From: a virus
Reading direction: 5' to 3' (one strand)
Virus record (IMG/VR): IMGVR_UViG_3300035128_000113
Length of the DNA stretch: 45,345 nt
Under the pieces are notes generated by a model. The model did not search any database, was not told the origin of the DNA, and saw nothing but the letters and a program-made list of their open reading frames with translations. The translations under genes and the position numbers were made by a program. Position 1 is the first letter of the stretch. The number at the start of each line of letters is the position of its first letter. Below, in pieces: positions 39,304 to 45,345 of this stretch.

Positions 39304-39820
39304 AGCACCTTAGCAGGTATCATCCCCCCAAAGAATGTAATACATAATTGAATATTGATAGTGCATACCCCCCAGATAGGATAGGTGCGATATAATGTGG
39401 CAAACCCATCAGACAAGACATATTTCCATTGTCAAGAATAAACCAAATGAATCTCCTATTTATTTGGAACAGGGCAATACAGGGGTGGGGTAATGTAATG
39501 AATGTCAAGAACAAACCACATAGTCCGAATATTAAATAGTGGAATAGAGGGGGTAGGGAATAGGTCGAAATACGCGAGTCAAGTAAATACCTATGTCAAG
39601 TATAAACTAATAAATCGTCTAGAGAGTAGTCGAATGAGTGTCTCTCTATATATCCCCTATATAGTCTATCCCTATATGTCTCTCTAGGGGATCCCCCTCT
39701 TCAGCGCGTTTTTCCCCTCGAGTCGGAGGGGCATCCTATATGTAGGACAAGGTAGGCAAAGCCTCACCCTGTAGGCAGGGGTATGTCAGGGTAGGTATTG
39801 GGGGGTAGGGGCTTAGGGGG

Positions 39821-40165
39821 TCAATCGGCAAAATCGCGGGAATCGAAAAAAAGGCGTCCGAATTGTCCAGGGGAGCGGGCATCATATCTGTACAGAGGGT
39901 GGTCTGCATCGGGAGAAAAATCACTCGCCAGAATCTCTTGAATCTTAAAATCATTTTGATTTTTGATAATGTTATCGATCGCACGACGGACAGGGGCGCG
40001 CAAGCGTCCTTTTGGCGTCAATATATCGGGAGACAGTTCGATAATATCAGCGATGCACCCATCAGGCAGAAATTGCGTGATTTGAATTACAGTCAGGAAT
40101 GATTTGGACGATATTTCCGTTTTCGCCCAAGAAATCATTTTTCGGAAAATCTCATTTCGGGTCAT
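39821..40165 (-). CDS. Hypothetical protein
   Basis: GAGGA RBS; directly follows 40190-40672. Confidence 0.7.
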   Translation of the reverse strand: MTRNEIFRKMISWAKTEISSKSFLTVIQITQFLPDGCIADIIELSPDILTPKGRLRAPVRRAIDNIIKNQNDFKIQEILASDFSPDADHPLYRYDARSPGQFGRLFFDSRDFAD

Positions 40166-40189
40166 GGGTATCCTCTTTTGAATTTTGGT

Positions 40190-40672
40190 TTAGAACAACG
40201 AATCAAGATCGATACAGTCCAGGGCGTCTTGAATATCCGTGATTACAATTTCAAGCAATTCGTCAACCTGGTCGAAAGTAAAAAATGATTTAATTGGGGC
40301 GAGATAGGCATTGAGGGTATCGCACACGATCATAGACAGTGAAAGAGCGCAAAGTTCCGGATCGTCTAGGGGTATCGGGAGTTTGAATGTCTCATAATCC
40401 GAGCTGAACGCACGCAGTATCAATTTTTTGGTCTCTGAAATTTGCAATCCCTGGGATCCATGGGAAATGACGATTCGAGTGATATTGATCAGTTCTTGAC
40501 GAAACATCCCTCGGATTAAATTAGGGAAATTCTTCCTAATCCCCTCGGACAAAAGTGGATCTCTACGATGCACAATCGCATTTTTGATTTCATCGGCAAT
40601 CCGGTCTCGAGAAAGCAACACAGAATCCAGATCGATCAAATCTGAATCGGTCGTGATATTGATGGTCTTCAT
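40190..40672 (-). CDS. Hypothetical helical protein, paralogue of 42232-42714
   Basis: Start moved to MKTINI (AAGGAG RBS); shared DP..CA..L...N.YL.P...F.F....EL...V...I.DA pattern. Confidence 0.75.
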   Translation of the reverse strand: MKTINITTDSDLIDLDSVLLSRDRIADEIKNAIVHRRDPLLSEGIRKNFPNLIRGMFRQELINITRIVISHGSQGLQISETKKLILRAFSSDYETFKLPIPLDDPELCALSLSMIVCDTLNAYLAPIKSFFTFDQVDELLEIVITDIQDALDCIDLDSLF

Positions 40673-40708
40673 AATGATCTCCTTTGATGATTCATTAGTC
40701 ATAGTGAG

Positions 40709-40737
40709 AATATAAGGTTTCAAACAAGGGAAATCAA
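40709..40737 (-). promoter_or_regulatory. Sigma70-type promoter (diverged array-type block)
   Basis: TTGATT-17 nt-TATATT followed by an ATCATC-AAAGGAG leader. Confidence 0.55.
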
Positions 40738-40839
40738 GCCTAAGTGCCTATTATCATTGGATTTGATGACATTGGAATAGGGGTTTATCAATAAGTATGC
40801 CAACTTGACATTTAATGAGGCAGATTTTGTCAAGAAAAT

Positions 40840-40957
40840 AATGAGACACTTTTAGGCGATTTCGAAGGGAAGTTTTGGGTGTTTCCCCTATAGGGCAAAT
40901 TGGCACCCAAATCGCGTAAACCCCCGAAATCATTAGATTCCGAAAAAGTGTCTCATT
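40840..40957. repeat. Nested inverted repeats forming a long imperfect hairpin
   Basis: AATGAGACACTTTT/AAAAGTGTCTCATT enclosing GATTTCG/CGAAATC and TTTGGGTG/CACCCAAA. Confidence 0.7.
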
Positions 40958-41854
40958 TCACAACACCTATCTTTGTTATAAATTACAATACCAAGGTATT
41001 TCGGGAATTCGGCAATAATATCAATAGCCTACAAGTATTGTCAAAATAGGCAACATAGAGCACAAAATCAGCATATTTCTTCCCCGTCATTGCCCACATC
41101 CCCCCAATGACGTCAATCCCCATGTTTAGCCCAAATATCTGGAATAGTTAAGGGGTCATTTTGAGCGTTTCCTCTCGGTTCCCCCGTCCCCTTATACAAG
41201 GAATCAACAAAACAGGTCCTTAAGGTTTCCACCATTTCCCTTAGATTTCCAGATAAATCAGCCCTTGACAGTTTTCCAGTGAGTTACAGCCCAAGTGGAA
41301 TCGGTACATGTAAGACAATGTATGTATCGACATCCCCGATTAGGTAAAATCTGGAACAAATGTCAAGAGCGAAATCGAGATAATATCTGGACCTCCCGAT
41401 TCCTCAATGATTACAGGGCCTTACCCGCCCTCAGACACCGAAGTGACGCCTGACAGGAGGTGTTGATTTGGCATGTTTTGGGTACACACGAAATTGAATC
41501 AAAAAATCGAGAGGGGCATCTAGAAACAGTCTGGCAAGATTTGGACAGTATATCGGGAATATGGGTGATAAAACGAGGGAAGTAAGAGAGGGGATATGAG
41601 GTAACTGAACGAGGTAGCGTCTCAATGGACGTCTAGAGGGCATCTCGAGTGGGAGGGAATCCGGAGGGGACGGGGGGAAGGTGGTGGTAGAGACGGGGGA
41701 GAAAAGGGATATAGGAGGGTATAGAGGTTTGTTATCCTCTCTTTAGTATATATAGTTCATATGTTAATTCCCGTGTATCTCCCAAGCCCGCGTTTTTGCG
41801 CGCTTTTTGCGTTTCCCCTCCCCGTGGTCCAGGTGGCAAACTGGAGCGATAGAA

Positions 41855-41899
41855 GGGCAATCCGAGGGCAATCCGACGACAATCCGAGGGCAATATCGA
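41855..41899. repeat. 11-bp tandem repeat GGGCAATCCGA x4 (imperfect)
   Basis: Directly visible. Confidence 0.75.
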
Positions 41900-42231
41900 G
41901 GTATCCGGAACATCCCCTATGACATCGATACGAGGTCTATCTCCCTCCCCTCTTATCCCTCCTAGATATTCATTATCCCTAATTTCCCTCACCTCCCCGT
42001 TTTTGGGTGTCCATAGTCGAAAATATAGTTTTTGTGAAATTTTACAAAATTGAATCCAAAATTTGATTTATTTTATGTGCGAGTCTTATAGGCATAACGC
42101 ACGGGTCCCCCTAATAGTGGTATCCATAGCAGATATTTCGATCAATTTTTGGGGGGCATCCAATCCCGGCGCGTTTTGAAGGGTTTTTTTGAAATTGAGG
42201 GAAAGGGGGGCGAAAAAGGGGGATAGTGAGG

Positions 42232-42714
42232 TTATTTAGGGTCTCGCAGCATCGAAACGAGAGTAGTCACGGCATCGCAAATGGTTCCGTCCACCTCGTC
42301 GATCAATTCCTCGCGTTCAGAAAATCGGAATATCCCCCTAACAGGTTCGAGGTAGAAATTGATGATTTCCCGCGAAACCTTCGTTAGAATATCGGCACAC
42401 ATATCGGGATCGATCACAGTGTAATCCATATCCCATTCTTCTGCACATTCCGATCGCATGAGACATGATTTCAACATCTTGCGAATCTCTCGGTATACAA
42501 TTTTGGGGTACGAAGTATTGAGCAGGATTTCAATGATATCTTCGGAATTGAAAGAAAAAACATTCTCGATCATGTCAACGAAATGGGGATAATCCCCGCG
42601 CAATTTCGATTCGGTGGCATGTTCCGAGATCAACCTTTCGAGTTCAATCACGATTTCGATTTTGGCGGGCATTTCATTTCCGAGCGGATTTCTAAAAAAG
42701 TCATGGTTTGTCAT
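42232..42714 (-). CDS. Hypothetical helical protein, paralogue of 40190-40672
   Basis: Start moved to MTNHDF (AAGGAG RBS within the array block). Confidence 0.78.
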   Translation of the reverse strand: MTNHDFFRNPLGNEMPAKIEIVIELERLISEHATESKLRGDYPHFVDMIENVFSFNSEDIIEILLNTSYPKIVYREIRKMLKSCLMRSECAEEWDMDYTVIDPDMCADILTKVSREIINFYLEPVRGIFRFSEREELIDEVDGTICDAVTTLVSMLRDPK

Positions 42715-42928
42715 AGTGTCTCCTTTTCGGTTGCGATGATTATCATCATCATCATCGTCTAATAATAATATGGTCATTATTAAGGCAATTGCAAGCCAAA
42801 GCCTGAAATGTTGAAATAAAAAGAGAGAAAATTAACGATTATTGTCGTGAATGCAAATTAAATCATCGGCACGTTTTGAAGGGTTTTTTTGAAATCAGGG
42901 GAAAGGGGGCAAAAAGGGGATAATTGGG

Positions 42929-43159
42929 TTATTCCGGGTCTCGCAACATCGAAACGTCAGAGATTATCTGAAGATAATCCGGGTCGGAAAAATAAGCACG
43001 AGCACGTTTCAGGGCATCCCCATAGGTCAGGTATTTCGAACAAAAATAGACATCGCGGGTTCCGTCCGGATGACGAGACAAAAAGCACCAACCTCCTCTA
43101 TGTTTCATATATTTCCCGTGAATCTTTTCGTAATCACTGATTTTGGGGTCGTTTGACAT
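42929..43159 (-). CDS. HGK-P-G-G-W family small protein, copy 1 (chimeric C-terminus)
   Basis: YEKIHGK...RGGWCF...YFC...A...A..YF; true start MSNDPK. Confidence 0.75.
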   Translation of the reverse strand: MSNDPKISDYEKIHGKYMKHRGGWCFLSRHPDGTRDVYFCSKYLTYGDALKRARAYFSDPDYLQIISDVSMLRDPE

Positions 43160-43346
43160 AGTATTCTCCTTTGTCGCGATGATTATCATCATCTTCTAAT
43201 AATAATATGGTCATTATTGAGGCGATTGCAAACCAAAAACCTGAATTGTCGAAATAAAGATAGAAAAATTAACGATTATTATCGTGGACACGTTTTGGGA
43301 GATTTTTAAATTTTTGGAAAAGAGGGCATGAGGACAATCGGCAAAC

Positions 43347-43565
43347 CTAACCATAAAATGGCATCAAACGGATAATTTCTGAATCAGGAAAATGTTCCTT
43401 AGCAAGTTTGGCGGCGTCCCGAAAGTAAGTCCACGTGGGGCACAAATAAGTTTCCGTAATCCCTTCCCGAGTTTCCGCACGGAACGCCCACCATCCCTTA
43501 CATCTAAGTTTCCTTCCTTTCCCATAGACGTATTCATGTAAACCAACATCGATTTTCTGTCTCAT
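43347..43565 (-). CDS. HGK-P-G-G-W family small protein, copy 2
   Basis: IDVG..EYVYGK...KGWWAF...YLCP; true start MRQKID. Confidence 0.78.
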   Translation of the reverse strand: MRQKIDVGLHEYVYGKGRKLRCKGWWAFRAETREGITETYLCPTWTYFRDAAKLAKEHFPDSEIIRLMPFYG

Positions 43566-43653
43566 AGGTTTCTCCTTTGTCATGACGATTATCATCATCT
43601 CCTAATAATAATATGGTCATTATTAAGAGAATTGCAAACCTAAACTTGAATTA

Positions 43654-43857
43654 TCAGGGAATTAAATAGATAACGGAGGCGGTGCAAAAATATTTTTTTG
43701 CGCGGGCAACGGCATCAGCATAATCCATCGAAAACGGACAAAAATAGGTTTCCGAGAATCCATCCTGATTTTTGGCACGGAATCCCCAGATTTCCCTTCG
43801 TGGTCTGAGTTTCCCGTGAACTTTTTCATAAGCACCGACATCGATTTTTTGAATCAT
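43654..43857 (-). CDS. HGK-P-G-G-W family small protein, copy 3
   Basis: IDVGAYEKVHGKLRP..IWGF...YFCP...VIYLIP. Confidence 0.8.
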   Translation of the reverse strand: MIQKIDVGAYEKVHGKLRPRREIWGFRAKNQDGFSETYFCPFSMDYADAVARAKKYFCTASVIYLIP

Positions 43858-43957
43858 AATAATCTCCTTTCGATTCTGATGATTATCCGAATCATCGTCA
43901 TATCATAATAATAATATAGGGATTATTGAAAGGAGTGCAAACCAAAAACCTGAAATA

Positions 43958-44161
43958 TTAGGGCATTACATAAATGGTGACATTCGGGTAGTCGCGGAAG
44001 AAATTCCGGGCATAGTCTCGCGCAAAACAGAATGTCGAATAGGGCGCGAAATACAGTTCGCGTTTTCCCTCATCATTCCTGATCGCGAACGTCCAGCACT
44101 TCTCCCCTCGAGGAAGTTTCCCGTGAAACTCCATGTACATTGAAATATCAAAAGTCTGCAT
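43958..44161 (-). CDS. HGK-P-G-G-W family small protein, copy 4
   Basis: YMEFHGKLPRGEKCWTF...YFAPYSTF...IYVMP; true start MQTFD. Confidence 0.8.
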   Translation of the reverse strand: MQTFDISMYMEFHGKLPRGEKCWTFAIRNDEGKRELYFAPYSTFCFARDYARNFFRDYPNVTIYVMP

Positions 44162-44224
44162 TATATCCCCCTTTGTTGCAATGATTATTATTATCATCGT
44201 CTTCTAATAGTAATATAAGTATTA

Positions 44225-44461
44225 TTAAGACAATTGCAAACCAAACTCTGAAGTATCTGGCATTACGTAAATAGTGGCATCCGGATAATCTTTGAAAAAG
44301 ATACGAGCATGATATCGCGCAAGGCGATATGTCGAATATGGCGCGAAACACATCACACGTTCCCCATCTGTAGTCAGAATCGAAAACGTCCAAGATCCCT
44401 CCCCACAAGGGGGTTTCCCGTGGAACTCCATGTACATTGAAATATCAAAAGATTGCATCAT
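44225..44461 (-). CDS. HGK-P-G-G-W family small protein, copy 5 (stop lost, reads into the next promoter)
   Basis: YMEFHGKPPCGEGSWTF...IYVMP plus DTSEFGLQLS encoded by the adjacent block. Confidence 0.78.
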   Translation of the reverse strand: MMQSFDISMYMEFHGKPPCGEGSWTFSILTTDGERVMCFAPYSTYRLARYHARIFFKDYPDATIYVMPDTSEFGLQLS

Positions 44462-44544
44462 ATCCCCCTTTGTTGCGATGATTATTATCATCATTGTATC
44501 TAATAGTAATGTAAGGATTATTAAGAGAATTGCAAGCCTAAAAA

Positions 44545-44757
44545 TTAAGGCATTACATAAATCTCGGCATTAGGATAGTCGCGGAAATATTCCCGGGCAT
44601 ATTTTTTTGCAGACGTCAATGTCCCATAGGGGGCATAGCACAACTTGAGTTTCCCACGTCTACTTTTGATCGCAAGAATCCAACATCCCTCCCCGCGAGG
44701 GGATTTTCCGTGACAATTACGATATCCAAAAGTATTGAATGTATGAGACATAATCAT
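44545..44757 (-). CDS. HGK-P-G-G-W family small protein, copy 6
   Basis: YRNCHGKSPRGEGCWIL...CYAPYGT...IYVMP. Confidence 0.8.
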   Translation of the reverse strand: MIMSHTFNTFGYRNCHGKSPRGEGCWILAIKSRRGKLKLCYAPYGTLTSAKKYAREYFRDYPNAEIYVMP

Positions 44758-44861
44758 TCCTCCTTTGTTACGATGATATTTGTATCATCAATGACATTGT
44801 TATCGTCATCTAATAATAATATATTCATTAATAAGGGAATTGCAAACCAAAAACCTGATAA

Positions 44862-44987
44862 TTAGACATCACATAGATAACAGCATCGGAATGGTCACAA
44901 AAATATTCCCGGGCATATTTTTGAGGACATAAATATCCCTTCAGGAACATAACACACAGGTCCCTCCAATAGAGGTATCCATAGCAT
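44862..44987 (-). pseudogene. Truncated, frameshifted copy 7 of the small-protein family
   Basis: CYVPEGIFMSSK, then a frame change in an A-run, then KYAREYFCDHSDAVIYVM; N-terminal half and promoter block absent. Confidence 0.7.
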
Positions 44988-44997
44988 ATATTTCAAC

Positions 44998-45228
44998 CTA
45001 TTTTTGGGAATATACAGTTCCGATCACATAGATAACAGCATCGGGATAGTCACGGAAATATTCCCGGGCATATTCTTTTGCGAATGCAAACGTCCCGTAG
45101 GGAGCATAGCACAGTTTAAGTCCCCCTCGTTTATTTTTGATCGCAAGAATCCAACATCCGGTCCCACAAGGGGATTTCCCATAACAATTACGGTATTCAG
45201 AAGTGTTGAACTTATGAGACATAATCAT
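44998..45228 (-). CDS. HGK-P-G-G-W family small protein, copy 8
   Basis: YRNCYGKSPCGTGCWIL...CYAPYGT; close duplicate of copy 6. Confidence 0.8.
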   Translation of the reverse strand: MIMSHKFNTSEYRNCYGKSPCGTGCWILAIKNKRGGLKLCYAPYGTFAFAKEYAREYFRDYPDAVIYVIGTVYSQK

Positions 45229-45267
45229 TCCTCCTTTGTTACGATGATATTTGTATCAATGATGTTA

Positions 45268-45345
45268 TTAAGACATCACATAAATAACATCGACACGCGG
45301 GAAACGTTCCCTTGCGAGGTCTTTAGCGGCAGAAAACGAAATTCT
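45268..45345 (-). CDS. 3' end of family copy 9 (partial, runs off the window)
   Basis: Frame reads RISFSAAKDLARERFPRVDVIYVMS*. Confidence 0.7.
   Translation of the reverse strand, partial: RISFSAAKDLARERFPRVDVIYVMS

Larger units (their letters stand above)
42715..45267 (-). repeat. Dispersed ~85-100-bp promoter-leader-RBS block: 7 full copies plus 1 partial
   Basis: Blocks near 42715-42809, 43160-43246, 43566-43652, 43858-43956, 44162-44252, 44462-44543, 44758-44859 and partial 45229-45267; TTGCAA(C)-18-TATTAT, GATGAT..ATCATC, AAAGGRG. Confidence 0.92.

Noticed and set aside
40787-40803. Sigma54 promoter (TGGCATA-N4-TTGA, minus strand)
   Set aside because: The -12 GC is broken and a sigma70-type promoter already serves the downstream gene
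38813-41992. Short ORFs at 38813, 39320, 39502, 39736, 41431 and 41732
   Set aside because: No convincing RBS, low-complexity or repeat-derived sequence; the region behaves as non-coding
42715-44494. Shared MMIIIIATK N-terminal peptides in the ORF track
   Set aside because: Artefact of translating the conserved leader; the RBS lies downstream and defines later starts
42715-45267. Integron attC cassette array or CRISPR array
   Set aside because: Blocks are promoter/RBS elements without RYYYAAC...GTTRRRY ends; no integrase in the window; intervening DNA is paralogous coding sequence
29347-45345. Diversity-generating retroelement as the source of paralogue variation
   Set aside because: No reverse transcriptase and no template/variable repeat pair differing only at adenines

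Overview
Part of a large, apparently lytic tailed phage with a contractile (myovirus) tail; almost all genes lie on the minus strand, so transcription runs right to left. (1) 1-24.3 kb is a complete morphogenesis module: intein-containing terminase large subunit, SPP1-like portal, MuF-like protein, scaffold, N4-gp56-type major capsid, neck proteins, sheath, T4 gp19-like tube, a tail chaperone with a -1 frameshift, tape measure, LysM, gpD-like hub, VgrG/gpV spike, gp25 and baseplate J. (2) 24.5-29.3 kb holds an (Asp-Thr)n lipoprotein suggestive of a Myxococcota/deltaproteobacterial host, a histone-like basic protein and small hypotheticals. (3) 29.3-38.4 kb is a tandem expansion of 13 RyR (ryanodine-receptor repeat) domain genes, interrupted by one plus-strand gene. 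(4) 38.4-42.2 kb is largely non-coding, with C/G tracts that switch strand, 30-bp direct repeats and nested inverted repeats (candidate origin or genome terminus). (5) 42.2-45.3 kb is a tandem array of promoter+leader+RBS+small-gene units carrying at least 9 paralogues of an uncharacterised ~70-aa HGK-P-G-G-W family, with signs of cassette shuffling. The RyR expansion and the cassette array are the best candidates for an undescribed system. All family calls are motif recognition by eye; no searches were run.
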